Virus record (IMG/VR): IMGVR_UViG_3300045988_151219
Location: 64,001 to 128,000 of that record
DNA length: 64,000 bases
Direction: 5' to 3' (one strand)
DNA from: a virus
Below the pieces are notes generated by a model. That model was given only the letters and a program-made list of their open reading frames with translations, searched no databases and had not been told where the DNA came from. Position 1 is the first letter of the stretch. Each line of letters begins with the position of its first letter. This document shows positions 1 to 10,025 of the stretch, in pieces. A program made the translations under genes and the position numbers.

Positions 1-929
1 TCCGCTAAAGCAGATTTTACTTTCTTTCTGTCAAAAGCCCCTACTTCTATTTTAAAGATACGATAAAAAGCAGATTTATTAAATCTTGCTACTAATAAAA
101 TCAGCTCTAAAAGCTCTAAAGTCTCAAAAGCTTCTCGTGCCTGATTTATAAAAGAAGTACCAAATTTAACTTTAAATTCTTTGCTTATTTCAGTAGTTCC
201 TTTATAGTACCTTAAATTGATTTTATCTCTATGATTTCCTCTATCATTTATGATATGGATATAATCTCTTGTACCGTAAATGACTTTATTCTTATCTTTG
301 TCTTCTGCTACAAAGCCTACGTTATCTCCATATTCCTGAATATCCTGTACAGCAAGAGGGTCTGTTATTATTTCATATAAATGTCCTCTCTTGACCACCA
401 GCTTTTCGTCTTGCTCGTCTTTAGGCTTTTCTCTTTCAGCTATGATGTCAGATTCATAAGTCTTTAAAAAGACTTCTCCATAAGCTACAAGATTATAAGC
501 AATAGGATATAAGTTCTGGTCTATCTTTAAAATGTCATAAAGAAAATGATGTACAGTGTCTATTATATCTTCTTTTTCTTTTTCCGTTCCTGATATATTA
601 TAAAGATTTCTAATAGACTTGTATTCCTCTAAATTAGGCTCTGCCCAACAAACATGCATACGGTCAAAGTCCATCTGCGTTGCATCTTCTGTTATCATTT
701 CAATAGCAGAACCTACTACAGAATCATTCATCATATTCTGTAAGTCAGTTATTATATCCTGTCTTGTGTTTGATAACTGTTTTACAGACGAAATAAAACT
801 TAAAAGATTCTGTACAGATGAACCCTCTATTTCAGATAAAAAAGTTTCTTCTACCTGTAAACCTGAACCTGATTTATTAACAGGTATTAAAGTTTTAAGA
901 GACTCGTTAATACTCTTGATTATGTCCAC
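1..929 (-). CDS. Portal protein-like, N-terminal part (gene continues past the left edge)
   Basis: Uninterrupted minus-strand frame from GTG 929-927 to position 1, with GGAG 8 nt upstream and only 3 nt after the terL stop. Missing from the ORF track because there is no stop in the window. Hand translation contains VVGSAIEMITEDAT and AREAFETLELLELILLVARFNKSAFYRIFKIEVG, which resemble conserved portal (T4 gp20-type) blocks. Lies directly downstream of terL. Confidence 0.55.
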   Translation of the reverse strand, partial: MDIIKSINESLKTLIPVNKSGSGLQVEETFLSEIEGSSVQNLLSFISSVKQLSNTRQDIITDLQNMMNDSVVGSAIEMITEDATQMDFDRMHVCWAEPNLEEYKSIRNLYNISGTEKEKEDIIDTVHHFLYDILKIDQNLYPIAYNLVAYGEVFLKTYESDIIAEREKPKDEQDEKLVVKRGHLYEIITDPLAVQDIQEYGDNVGFVAEDKDKNKVIYGTRDYIHIINDRGNHRDKINLRYYKGTTEISKEFKVKFGTSFINQAREAFETLELLELILLVARFNKSAFYRIFKIEVGAFDRKKVKSALA

Positions 930-932
930 TTC

Positions 933-3900
933 TTAATCTCCTTTTATTGCACTGATGTTTGGAATGTCTAAAAGCTCCTGCATTGTAAATCCTTCATCTT
1001 CATCAACATTCATATCTTTGTAAAAATCTAACATTCCTCCTACCGATGACTGTGTAATTCCTGGTGAGGCTGATGAGCCATGCTTAAATGCATTATATAC
1101 AGCACCCACGATTCCGTCACAAACGTCTTTTGAGTTGTGTACTATAATAGAATTATATAACTGGAAGTTGTCTGTCTTCTCCATCTCTATATCATAAACA
1201 GGCATCTTCACTCCATTAAATGATATTTTCTCTATGTCTGTGACTATAATAGGTTCCGGATTATCAGTCAACATAGACATTCCAGCAGATAATTTATCCG
1301 CCCTGATATACTTTAAGTTACTTAACCTGAATAAATGATTGTCTGTTCCTTTTACTACCGAACCGTCAGAAAAAGTTATTTTATATAAGCTGTCTATAAA
1401 TTTAGATATCCAGCATTTTTTCATCTGGCTCTCTACTATAGCTCCTGTCTCCGTTGATGAATAAAGAGTAGCTTTTTTATTCATCAAAGCGTACATAGGA
1501 ACATTTCCTTTTGGTGTCTTTATTAATGTATTACCTAACAAGCAGCCGTCAGAAGGATGGTCTACTTTCCCGCCGTGGTTTTGCCCTGCATCAGGAAAAT
1601 ATAATAAATCAAATAGCTCTTTTTCCTCTGGAGCATATCTATACCCTTTTATTCTTCCTTCATACATGCACTGTATGTAGTATAAATAAGCATCAGCAGT
1701 GCGGTCTACAGATTCAAGTCCTGAAGGTATTCCAGCTTCAGCAAACGCCTGGAGTGAGTACGATGACTGAAATTGGTCTTGTGAAATATACCCATACTCT
1801 ATTCTCCACTTTTCCCGCATATAAAAGATAAAATCAATTATTTTCTGTATAGATATCTTCCTCGGAGCATGCGGAGGTTTTATCTTTAATTTCATATCAA
1901 TAATGATATAAGGTAACTGAACTCCTGATGGCGTAGACTCCCAATGGTCTATATAACACATGCCTATTCCTGTTGAGTCGTTAGTAGTTGACATGTCTAT
2001 ATGCATGTATCTCGGCTTGTCTATATTCCTGGGTCTATATCCCTTTCTAAGAAAATCCCACACCTGTATAGAGTCTCCAGTAGCTACAGATATTTCATCT
2101 TTGTAAAAGGGATGTATTATATTATCAGTACAGCTATCTAAATAAGTAGTCCTGGAGTTAAACAGCTTTCCCATCGGAGCTACAGAAATACCTGCTATAT
2201 CTTGAAGTGACCGTGTTACATTTATTTCAAAAGATTTCCTAAAGTCTTCCGGTATAGCTATAAATTGTTCTTTATCATAGGCATCTAATGACTTGATAGC
2301 TTCTTCTATATTGTCCGTCTTGACTGTGAGTGTCTTATTGACAGATTCTAAATACTGCCTGATATCATTGACTTCTTTTATTATAACGGGGTCTATTAAA
2401 TTAGAACCTTTAAATACATAGAAACATTTGTCTGAATATGTTCCTTTTGGCTTGACTTCCCACAATCTGGCGTTTACTACTTTTGTTTTTGAATCTTTTC
2501 CTTGCAGCAAAGATTCTCTTATTCTCTTGTCTGTAAATGAGGATGTAGATGTGTTAGACGATACTAAAATAGATAACGATGAATCATGACCTTTACTCAT
2601 GAATCGGGAAGCAGACCTATTTACAACGGATGAATACATATCCGCTACTTTACTATAATTCATTGTTGATTTCTGTGTAGACTGTGCGTCTTTCTGAAAG
2701 AAGTTAGCTTCGTCAAGAATAGTACCGATTATATTCATACCGATAGAATTGTGAGTGATTAAAGAGTTACATGTATAAAGCTCTCCTTCAACGGAAGCTC
2801 CGTAACATTCCTGCTCTCCTAAATACTCTATCTTCACGACTGATTCTATCTGTAAAGAATCTTTCATTCCTCTTGGTTGTGAGTCTTTTGTCTTGCACAA
2901 AAAAGCTCCCCTTAATTCCCTGTCTTCCGCCGGAAGTAATTTACAGAATCTTTCATTAGACATATTTTTTAAGAATACAATATATATCAGATATTTACTT
3001 AAATTCTTCTCGTGATATGTTGTCTGGAAACCTAAGCACGACAAGAGATTATGTAAATCCTGTCCTAAACTTGAAGATGAGAAAGTAAAAGAAAATGTCC
3101 GTTTATCTAATTTACCACTCGATAAGAATAATCCATAAAAGAAATAAAACTGCTCTTCAAGCTTTAAATTAACTATTGAGTCAGGAATTACTCTGTCTTT
3201 TCTTTCTTCTGATATTTCAAGCTTCTTCAACAAATTAACTAATTTTAAATCTTGTATAGTAATCTGGCTATAGGCTATTGCTCTGTCTTGTATCTTTGTA
3301 TTTTCCGGTAATATTTCTTTTATATAATCAATATTTTTAGTTAAGAATCTATCTATTATTACTATATTATTTTTATAAACTATTTCTCCAGTTCCTATTA
3401 TCATTCCTAAAAGAGTAAGTAACTTAGGATTAAAGTTTTCTATTTTATGAATAGATTTAAATGATTTAGTAGTTGTGTTCTCGTAACCATTAACTCCGGT
3501 AAACAGTAAGTCTCCGTACTCTAAATGCTGTGTTTCAACAAAACCTCGGTGTGTGTAATGTAAATGATTATCTTTAGTGATGAGCTCTCTTCCTGTGTCT
3601 GTATAAACTTTATACATTTCTCCGGTAGCTTTGTAGGTATATCGTACTTTCTTAAATTCGCTACCGTTATAGACAAAATATTTGTCTGTTAGCTGCTTGG
3701 CTCTTACTATCCCTTTGCTTGTCATAATCATAGAATTAGGGTCTAAGCAGTGTACAGAAGATGAACCATACATAAACATTACATTATCCGGAAATTGCAG
3801 AATAGAATCTAATCTTTCATTTCTCTGAAATCTATCCCTGAAATAAGGTATCTGGTCTATCATTCCTTTAAACTGCCCATACCCTGTTAATTCAGCCTGT

Positions 3901-5150
3901 GCTTTAGAAACGTTGAAGTACATGAACCCAATGATTGATGAAGGCATTAAATCAAACAATCCTGCTATATGTTCATAGCAAGATAATTCATATAGCTTCC
4001 TAACCATTAAAAAGTTAGCACATGAAGTTTTGCCTGTATTATGTGATATAAACGGACCTACAGAATAGTTATGACAAGCTGCTATATTTAAATCTCGGCA
4101 ATATGATTTCTGTGTATATATTGATTTCACTTTGTCTACATAAATATCATATTTCTTTATTAAATAAGCAGTTGTTGTATTTACTCCAAAATCTTCTATT
4201 ATATGCTTATGTGCAAGCTCTCTAACTTGATATTCTACAGTCTGATTAAATTTCTCGTCCTGTAATATCTTCTTATGAAATAAAACTATATTATATCCAT
4301 CTGTTTCTACAGTTAAAGTTTGATTTTCTATCTTTGAGTTTATGCCAAATAAATCCAGCAAAGACTGTATGTCTCTTAAATAAGTCCTTGATTTTGAATA
4401 AACTTTATACTCTACTATAAGATTTTTGAGAACATAAGCTATTCCATTTCTATTTAATAGATAAATAGAAGGAGCTACGGTCTGATGTGATTTAGAGTAT
4501 AAAACTAAGCTGTCTAAAGTATCCTTTGTCATTTCCATCTTTCCAAAAGGACGCTCTGCTCGATGACAGATTAAATAATCAGACGGTTTTATACTTCCTA
4601 ATGTCCGCCATACTATATTAAATTTTCTGTCAAATATTCTAAACCTATGTTCCGGCGTTCCCTCAATTATTCTTCCTGATTCAAAAACAATTCGTTTAGT
4701 TTGTGCTACTCCACGGTCTTTTACTAAATTGATATCTTTAAATCCACCTTCAGTATAAACTTGAAGTCTTGGTAAAGTTACTTTTACTTTATCCGATAAC
4801 TTAACAGACGGCAGCTCTGCTATCTGTTTCAAAGTGAGTAACCCTAAAGAGGTCGGTATCTTAGTGTCTTCATGTAAGCACCCTAAACCACCTGATAAAA
4901 TGACTTCATTATATTTACCTCTGTTTGTTTCAAAAATATCAATTAATAAATTCTTCCAGTACGGATAAATGTAGGAACCCTCCACACCTACATAATATTC
5001 ATCATTCACCCACTGGGAAGCTGGAACCATAGGATACCGTAATTTTGGTTTTGAGAATAAATCCTTGCATTTAATCGCTTGTCTTAATATTGAGATAAGC
5101 TCGCTGGAATCTTTCTCATCCATTCCCTCGACTATGCTGTGGTCTGTCAT
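933..5150 (-). CDS. terL: Terminase large subunit interrupted by three inteins
   Basis: 1405-aa ORF. After conceptual removal of three inteins the exteins (about 653 aa) give Walker A ILSGGLG/TGKTS, Walker B IIGTILDEANF, and nuclease-type acidic blocks HIDMSTTNDSTG and VDHPSDG/SKDVCDGIVGAVYNA. A portal-like gene follows. Confidence 0.85.
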   Translation of the reverse strand: MTDHSIVEGMDEKDSSELISILRQAIKCKDLFSKPKLRYPMVPASQWVNDEYYVGVEGSYIYPYWKNLLIDIFETNRGKYNEVILSGGLGCLHEDTKIPTSLGLLTLKQIAELPSVKLSDKVKVTLPRLQVYTEGGFKDINLVKDRGVAQTKRIVFESGRIIEGTPEHRFRIFDRKFNIVWRTLGSIKPSDYLICHRAERPFGKMEMTKDTLDSLVLYSKSHQTVAPSIYLLNRNGIAYVLKNLIVEYKVYSKSRTYLRDIQSLLDLFGINSKIENQTLTVETDGYNIVLFHKKILQDEKFNQTVEYQVRELAHKHIIEDFGVNTTTAYLIKKYDIYVDKVKSIYTQKSYCRDLNIAACHNYSVGPFISHNTGKTSCANFLMVRKLYELSCYEHIAGLFDLMPSSIIGFMYFNVSKAQAELTGYGQFKGMIDQIPYFRDRFQRNERLDSILQFPDNVMFMYGSSSVHCLDPNSMIMTSKGIVRAKQLTDKYFVYNGSEFKKVRYTYKATGEMYKVYTDTGRELITKDNHLHYTHRGFVETQHLEYGDLLFTGVNGYENTTTKSFKSIHKIENFNPKLLTLLGMIIGTGEIVYKNNIVIIDRFLTKNIDYIKEILPENTKIQDRAIAYSQITIQDLKLVNLLKKLEISEERKDRVIPDSIVNLKLEEQFYFFYGLFLSSGKLDKRTFSFTFSSSSLGQDLHNLLSCLGFQTTYHEKNLSKYLIYIVFLKNMSNERFCKLLPAEDRELRGAFLCKTKDSQPRGMKDSLQIESVVKIEYLGEQECYGASVEGELYTCNSLITHNSIGMNIIGTILDEANFFQKDAQSTQKSTMNYSKVADMYSSVVNRSASRFMSKGHDSSLSILVSSNTSTSSFTDKRIRESLLQGKDSKTKVVNARLWEVKPKGTYSDKCFYVFKGSNLIDPVIIKEVNDIRQYLESVNKTLTVKTDNIEEAIKSLDAYDKEQFIAIPEDFRKSFEINVTRSLQDIAGISVAPMGKLFNSRTTYLDSCTDNIIHPFYKDEISVATGDSIQVWDFLRKGYRPRNIDKPRYMHIDMSTTNDSTGIGMCYIDHWESTPSGVQLPYIIIDMKLKIKPPHAPRKISIQKIIDFIFYMREKWRIEYGYISQDQFQSSYSLQAFAEAGIPSGLESVDRTADAYLYYIQCMYEGRIKGYRYAPEEKELFDLLYFPDAGQNHGGKVDHPSDGCLLGNTLIKTPKGNVPMYALMNKKATLYSSTETGAIVESQMKKCWISKFIDSLYKITFSDGSVVKGTDNHLFRLSNLKYIRADKLSAGMSMLTDNPEPIIVTDIEKISFNGVKMPVYDIEMEKTDNFQLYNSIIVHNSKDVCDGIVGAVYNAFKHGSSASPGITQSSVGGMLDFYKDMNVDEDEGFTMQELLDIPNISAIKGD
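1134..1544 (-). mobile_element. Intein 3 of terL (137-aa mini-intein) in the nuclease domain
   Basis: Starts CLLGNTLIKTPKG (TGC 1544-1542) and ends NSIIVHN (AAC 1136-1134) followed by Ser. Too short to carry an endonuclease domain. Flanks are VDHPSDG / SKDVCDG. Confidence 0.75.
2748..3749 (-). mobile_element. Intein 2 of terL (334 aa) with LAGLIDADG-type homing endonuclease
   Basis: Starts CLDPNSMIMTSKG (TGC 3749-3747) and ends NSLITHN (AAT 2750-2748) followed by Ser. Internal LLTLLGMIIGTGEI and FYFFYGLFLSSGKLD look like the two LAGLIDADG helices. The flanks join just upstream of Walker B. Confidence 0.8.
4038..4880 (-). mobile_element. Intein 1 of terL (281 aa), inserted in the Walker A P-loop
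   Basis: Begins with Cys (TGC 4880-4878; CLHEDTKIPT). Ends ...GPFISHN (AAT 4040-4038) followed by Thr. The flanks join to GGLG-TGKTS. Codons checked by hand. Confidence 0.8.
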
Positions 5151-5191
5151 GTGTTCCTCCTAAATTTTTCTTTCTATAAGATATAAGAAAA

Positions 5192-5217
5192 GTGGAGCAG
5201 TTTTCACTCTGCTTCAC
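5192..5217 (-). terminator. Hairpin between the upstream gene and terL, abutted by a TATACT -10-like hexamer (5218-5223)
   Basis: gtggagcag / ctgcttcac stem (9 bp, with one A-C mismatch in the minus-strand RNA) and an 8-nt loop. Followed on the minus strand by UUUUCUUAUAU. Confidence 0.35.
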
Positions 5218-5321
5218 AGTATAAATTTGAAATTCTCTTATAGAAGTCTGATTTTACAGTTTTGACATTTTTCTTAAAGTGTCAGAACTCATAAAGTCTT
5301 TTTGAAGCCTCTTACAAGCCA

Positions 5322-5921
5322 TTATACGTTGTTTTCGTCCGAATCTTCGGCAGTTATTGAGTCCACAGCGTTTGCGACAGGCTCTTTATTGATAACTTCC
5401 GACAAAACTTTGATAGCTTCCTCCGCTTTATCGTTAGGTAGTGCCATAATGCGGGACATCAGCTGCTCCTGCATAGAACCATTGGATGAAGAATTAATCT
5501 GATGGTTCTGAATAACAAACTTCCGCATTGTCTCCGCCATGTCTGTCAGATTCTTGTTTACCTGTTTATATATTTCCAGCTTGGTTTTGTCCGGATACAG
5601 GTCGAACTTATTCATGTCCAGCAAAGATTCTTCCATCTGTTCAAGTTTCTTTGCTAAAGAAATCTGTCTGCGTAAAGAATTAATAACTGTAAGCCCTAAA
5701 CCCATTGAAACTTTGTTACTGATGTTAGTAGTAGCTTTCTGAACATCATGCGGAGCTTCCGGTGAGTTACCGAAAGCGAACGCAATGAAGTTCCGTAAAT
5801 CTGTTTCAGACAACCCTGTATTGCTAAGGTCGATGTCTGAAATAATGTCATTAGTATCTTCTACTAAATCTACAGCTGATTCCACATTGTCCAAATCATA
5901 ATCAGAAGAAACTGTTTTCAT
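5322..5921 (-). CDS. Hypothetical protein; small-terminase candidate by position only
   Basis: 199-aa ORF immediately upstream of terL. Acidic N-terminus and predicted helical middle. No recognisable motif. Confidence 0.5.
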   Translation of the reverse strand: MKTVSSDYDLDNVESAVDLVEDTNDIISDIDLSNTGLSETDLRNFIAFAFGNSPEAPHDVQKATTNISNKVSMGLGLTVINSLRRQISLAKKLEQMEESLLDMNKFDLYPDKTKLEIYKQVNKNLTDMAETMRKFVIQNHQINSSSNGSMQEQLMSRIMALPNDKAEEAIKVLSEVINKEPVANAVDSITAEDSDENNV

Positions 5922-8900
5922 GTACTAACTTTCCTTTCCTTGACCACTTAATATAACGAACTCCGAAGCCTTGACTTCTTCTAAGCTTTATCAAGTACGG
6001 GTCGACCTTAGGTCTGTCTTTTGTCTTGATTGTTATAGGACTTGACACTGCCTGATAACGCTTGTCTGAAAGTTTCATTGCTCCGTCAACTATTATATTA
6101 TACTTGTTTTCGTCAGTGGCGTTTCTAAATTCAACCTGGAAAGTTTCTCCTTCTCTAATATCAGCTGTGCTTGGGAATGTTACTATCTCTACCGGAGGCT
6201 CTGCTGATGTAGAAACTTTTACTAATGTTTCTGCCTCATTATTGATAGTAACATAAGGTCTCGGCTCTACTTCTATTGTAACATCAGCATCGATTAATTT
6301 AAATTCCTTGCCTTCCTTAAGTATTCCTACTAAAGGCTCTTTTATTTTATATCCTGGCTTAGGAATAATTTTTATCTTGCTACCTACAAATAATGAAGTA
6401 TCCCCATCATGAATTACAGCATTTTCTACTGTCTTGACTTTCACATGTGTTTCGTCCGGAATATGTATAGTAGCAGGAATTTTCTTATGCTCACAATCAA
6501 CCGTTACTACAGGACCTGAAACTTTGTAAGAATATCCGTCAGGAATAGAAGCTTGAAGTTCAGCCCCAGTTACTTTCATATCATATTTATCCTTAAGTGA
6601 AGTGACCCTAAAGAATACTTTAAAGATTTCTTCATTATGGAGCAAGTGTGATGGGAAAGTAGTTACTTCATTGTCCTGTACTAATATCTTAAGTAATGAA
6701 TCTTTGTTATTGTATAAGATAACTGTAGGCTCTTCTTCTACATCTACTTCTACTTCTTTAGCTACTATAGTAAATTTGTTCGGGTCAGATGTCGCCTTAA
6801 GTCCTTTTAATAATGTAGGATTTATTTTAAAGAATTTCTTCGGCACTATCTTTATAACATCGGTAGTAGATATAGATGTATCACCATCATGGATTTCTCT
6901 ACCATCTGATTCAGCTGTTACAGTTACATTAGCTGCATGTTTAATCTTAATATGAGACGATACTACTTTCATAACAGCAGATATATTTACATCAGTAGTT
7001 CCTACACGATATCTATGTTCAGAAGGTGTAGCAGTTGCTCCGGTAACATTAATATCATATAAAGGTTTATAAAGGTCTTCATCTCTATATTCAATGACTA
7101 TTTCCTGGGTCTGATGAATTTTATCCGAACACGGGAACGTATCAATATTGTTACGTACACTATTCCAATAATAAGATACTGAAATAATATCCGGATTATC
7201 GTTATTAATTGTAACAAACGGAACAGGCTCTATTTCTATAGTGACATTCTCATCCGTGATTTCATAAAGATACCCCAGTTTTTGAACAGCACCTACTACA
7301 GATTTTACTCTATATTCATAAGAATATGGAGGTCTTTGAATCTTAAGCTTATCACCTATTGCTAATGAGTAGTCATTATCATAGATTGGCTCATTACTCA
7401 TATTAGTGACGTTAGTGTGTTCTTTATCCAAAATATGAATCTTTGCTTTATGATTTGCTTTAATAATAATAGGACTGCTCAATGCTGTATACATCATTTC
7501 AGATTTATGATTAGCAGCTATAACCGATAGTTTATAATCATTCAAATAACTCGGATTTATCCACTCTATAAGGAAATCTTGATTATCATGAATGGTATCA
7601 GAATTTGGATATGTCGTTAATGTTACTATAGGTGGGTCTACTGTTTTTACAGCTACAATATCAGGATTCTCATTATCTATCATAACGCAATGAGCTTCCT
7701 CTACATTAATAACTACTGATGTAGCATCTTCCCTAACTATATACGTTACTTTTGTACTGGAGTAAGTATGATATACTTCGATACTATCAGAAAAAGTTAT
7801 ATTGATATATTTTTTAAATGCTGGGAGTTCAACAGTAAATTTATCGCCTCTCCTAAGAACTGTACCATTTACTAAATCAGAGCCGTCTCTAATGTTAGTA
7901 ATCTTTACTTTTGTAGTATTAGATTCTAATTTTAAAACTATTTGAGGGTCATACCGTAAATCAATTTTAAAATTAGTTGAATCATCGCTGGGGATTGTAA
8001 ATCCACGTTCATTTTTTGCTGTTATAATATAATCATTTTTATATTCATCTTTTAACTCAACCTTAAAAGGCTCACCTGCATGGAAAATATTAGACGGTAG
8101 TGTTGATGTTGTAGGACCATATATTGAAGTTACGCCTTTTATTTTATCCCTGTCTGCAGGTTCTCGCATATCTAAATTTAATGTGAGTTTTTCCGGCATA
8201 TCGGGTATAGTAACCGTGTCAATTGGAACGTTTTTAATCTGGCATACAAAGTAATGTTGACCATCTAATTCATCATATTTCCAGGGACCCGACTCATTCA
8301 TTGTTGTATTATCAGGGATTTTTAAATAATACCTGGCGTCTGTCATGATAACGCGGAATTTATCTCCGGTTTTCATAACAGTATCGTTGGGAATTACTTC
8401 TTCACTATCGATTTTAATAACTTTACATTTAGTAGTATTAGGAATTTTTAGAGTTACATTTTTGCCTTTAAATTTTATATCGATATAGACTCTACCAATA
8501 CGTGTAGCTTTATAGATATGATTTTCAGCATCTTCTAACTCAAACCCTTTATCTGCATCAGACATATCTACATAGAATCCATCTTTAAAAGTGAGTTGAA
8601 ATCTATCACCTTTGCAAAGCATCGTATAGATAGTTCCTACAGGAATTTCTTTATTATATCTTAAATGAGTACAATGAATATCTGCTTGAGTCTCAAAATC
8701 AGAAGAAACAATAAATCTCTGTAATCTTTCTACTTCTTTGTCAATTAACGTAATTTCCTGGACGTTGGCTCTAAACGTACATTCTTCGGATGAATCATCT
8801 TCCGGCGGATTAACCCACATTATGTAACTATTATCATCCAAAGCCTCAACGTCAGCCCCCGCAAAATAATTTAAGTCTTTAGGCTTTACTTTAATTACAT

Positions 8901-9252
8901 CATTTACATAAAGCTCTGTAGTGTCTGTAATCTTTGTACCGTCAACTTTATATAAATCTACATTAGCGTTGTTTGTAATCTTTAAATATGGAAGCTGTTT
9001 ACTTTTATCTTTATAGCCCAAAATAAAATTCGTTTCATCTTTAACTTTTATTTTTGTGTTAAATCCACTTGTGGAAATTACTTCTGCACAACCTCCATAA
9101 ATATGTGGAACTTTATCAGCATCCATAGTTAAAATATCAAGTATATCCCCAATAGAGACTAAAGACGCTTCGGTTACAGGCTGTCCAGTTGTTTCATTAG
9201 TAATATTAAATAATGACCCTTTTTGAAATATTCGTTTTATCTTAGTTGCCAT
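5902..9252 (-). CDS. Large beta-rich repeat protein (tandem two-domain units); probably virion-associated (inference from position)
   Basis: 1116-aa ORF. One recurring block: IHDGDTSLFVGSKIKIIPKPGYKI / IHDGDTSISTTDVIKIVPKKFFKI / IYDNDYSLAIGDKLKIQRPPYSY / LVNGTVLRRGDKFTVELPAFKKY. It alternates with P(Y/F)VTINN(E/D)... / CVMIDNENPDIVAV / PTVILYNNKDSL. Confidence 0.7.
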   Translation of the reverse strand: MATKIKRIFQKGSLFNITNETTGQPVTEASLVSIGDILDILTMDADKVPHIYGGCAEVISTSGFNTKIKVKDETNFILGYKDKSKQLPYLKITNNANVDLYKVDGTKITDTTELYVNDVIKVKPKDLNYFAGADVEALDDNSYIMWVNPPEDDSSEECTFRANVQEITLIDKEVERLQRFIVSSDFETQADIHCTHLRYNKEIPVGTIYTMLCKGDRFQLTFKDGFYVDMSDADKGFELEDAENHIYKATRIGRVYIDIKFKGKNVTLKIPNTTKCKVIKIDSEEVIPNDTVMKTGDKFRVIMTDARYYLKIPDNTTMNESGPWKYDELDGQHYFVCQIKNVPIDTVTIPDMPEKLTLNLDMREPADRDKIKGVTSIYGPTTSTLPSNIFHAGEPFKVELKDEYKNDYIITAKNERGFTIPSDDSTNFKIDLRYDPQIVLKLESNTTKVKITNIRDGSDLVNGTVLRRGDKFTVELPAFKKYINITFSDSIEVYHTYSSTKVTYIVREDATSVVINVEEAHCVMIDNENPDIVAVKTVDPPIVTLTTYPNSDTIHDNQDFLIEWINPSYLNDYKLSVIAANHKSEMMYTALSSPIIIKANHKAKIHILDKEHTNVTNMSNEPIYDNDYSLAIGDKLKIQRPPYSYEYRVKSVVGAVQKLGYLYEITDENVTIEIEPVPFVTINNDNPDIISVSYYWNSVRNNIDTFPCSDKIHQTQEIVIEYRDEDLYKPLYDINVTGATATPSEHRYRVGTTDVNISAVMKVVSSHIKIKHAANVTVTAESDGREIHDGDTSISTTDVIKIVPKKFFKINPTLLKGLKATSDPNKFTIVAKEVEVDVEEEPTVILYNNKDSLLKILVQDNEVTTFPSHLLHNEEIFKVFFRVTSLKDKYDMKVTGAELQASIPDGYSYKVSGPVVTVDCEHKKIPATIHIPDETHVKVKTVENAVIHDGDTSLFVGSKIKIIPKPGYKIKEPLVGILKEGKEFKLIDADVTIEVEPRPYVTINNEAETLVKVSTSAEPPVEIVTFPSTADIREGETFQVEFRNATDENKYNIIVDGAMKLSDKRYQAVSSPITIKTKDRPKVDPYLIKLRRSQGFGVRYIKWSRKGKLVHENSFF

Positions 9253-9305
9253 ATCAACACCTCTTAAAAATAAAGTACCTAATTAAAATATATTAGCAAT
9301 TTAAA

Positions 9306-9329
9306 ATAGAAGACTTTTTAGTCTTCTAT
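9306..9329 (-). terminator. Rho-independent terminator after 9338..9640
   Basis: Perfect 10-bp stem atagaagact/agtcttctat with a tttt loop. A U-run follows on the minus strand. Confidence 0.6.
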
Positions 9330-9337
9330 TTATCTTA

Positions 9338-9640
9338 TTACTCTTTAAATTTTACTCCGAAACCGTATGTTTTAATCAATCTTTCGTTTGATGTGTCTTC
9401 TTGTATCGGCTCTTCCTGAAATTCATCTTGCTGTTCATTTAACTCATTCACTGTCTCATTTATATCTTCTTGTATCGGCTCTTCATCTTTGATTAAATCA
9501 GTCGCTTCTTCTATTGGAGTGTCTGTAAGGATTTCTCCAGGAACTTCTGCTTTTTCTACTTCTTCTTTCTCTTCTACTGTTTCCTGTACTACTTCATTTA
9601 AATTTTCCTGGTCTTCTACTACTTTCTTAGTTCTCGGCAT
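9338..9640 (-). CDS. Highly acidic small protein
   Basis: 100-aa ORF, very rich in Glu and Asp. The C-terminus LIKTYGFGVKFKE shares a GFGV[KR][FY] motif with the C-terminus of the 1116-aa protein. Confidence 0.6.
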   Translation of the reverse strand: MPRTKKVVEDQENLNEVVQETVEEKEEVEKAEVPGEILTDTPIEEATDLIKDEEPIQEDINETVNELNEQQDEFQEEPIQEDTSNERLIKTYGFGVKFKE

Positions 9641-9641
9641 T

Positions 9642-10025
9642 TTACTTCTCCTTTACTTGTTTAATATAATTTTCTATCTTAGTACATATATCTTTAACTG
9701 CCTGCGGCTTTTTCTTAAATATTATAGCTGCTGAGGATACAGAATCTTCTGTATTATTTCTTTTCTTACAATATAGATATATCTTAACAGATGAAATTAA
9801 ATTTGACAAATATTCTCTCTTGGGATATCTAACTTGCTGTCCTGCCATTGCATCTAAATACATAAGAAATCTATCCTGGAAAATTAGCTGTATTAAATCG
9901 GCATTCAGCTTAGGATTTATTACTGTCAGTGAGTCTACAAGTATATCAACTTCTTCCTGATTTAAGTTGAAAATTAATAAAGAACCTGCACTTTGATTTT
10001 CCATTAATTGACCTCGTTTCCCCAT
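9642..10025 (-). CDS. Hypothetical protein
   Basis: 127-aa ORF, tightly packed with its neighbours. No confident motif. Confidence 0.55.
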   Translation of the reverse strand: MGKRGQLMENQSAGSLLIFNLNQEEVDILVDSLTVINPKLNADLIQLIFQDRFLMYLDAMAGQQVRYPKREYLSNLISSVKIYLYCKKRNNTEDSVSSAAIIFKKKPQAVKDICTKIENYIKQVKEK

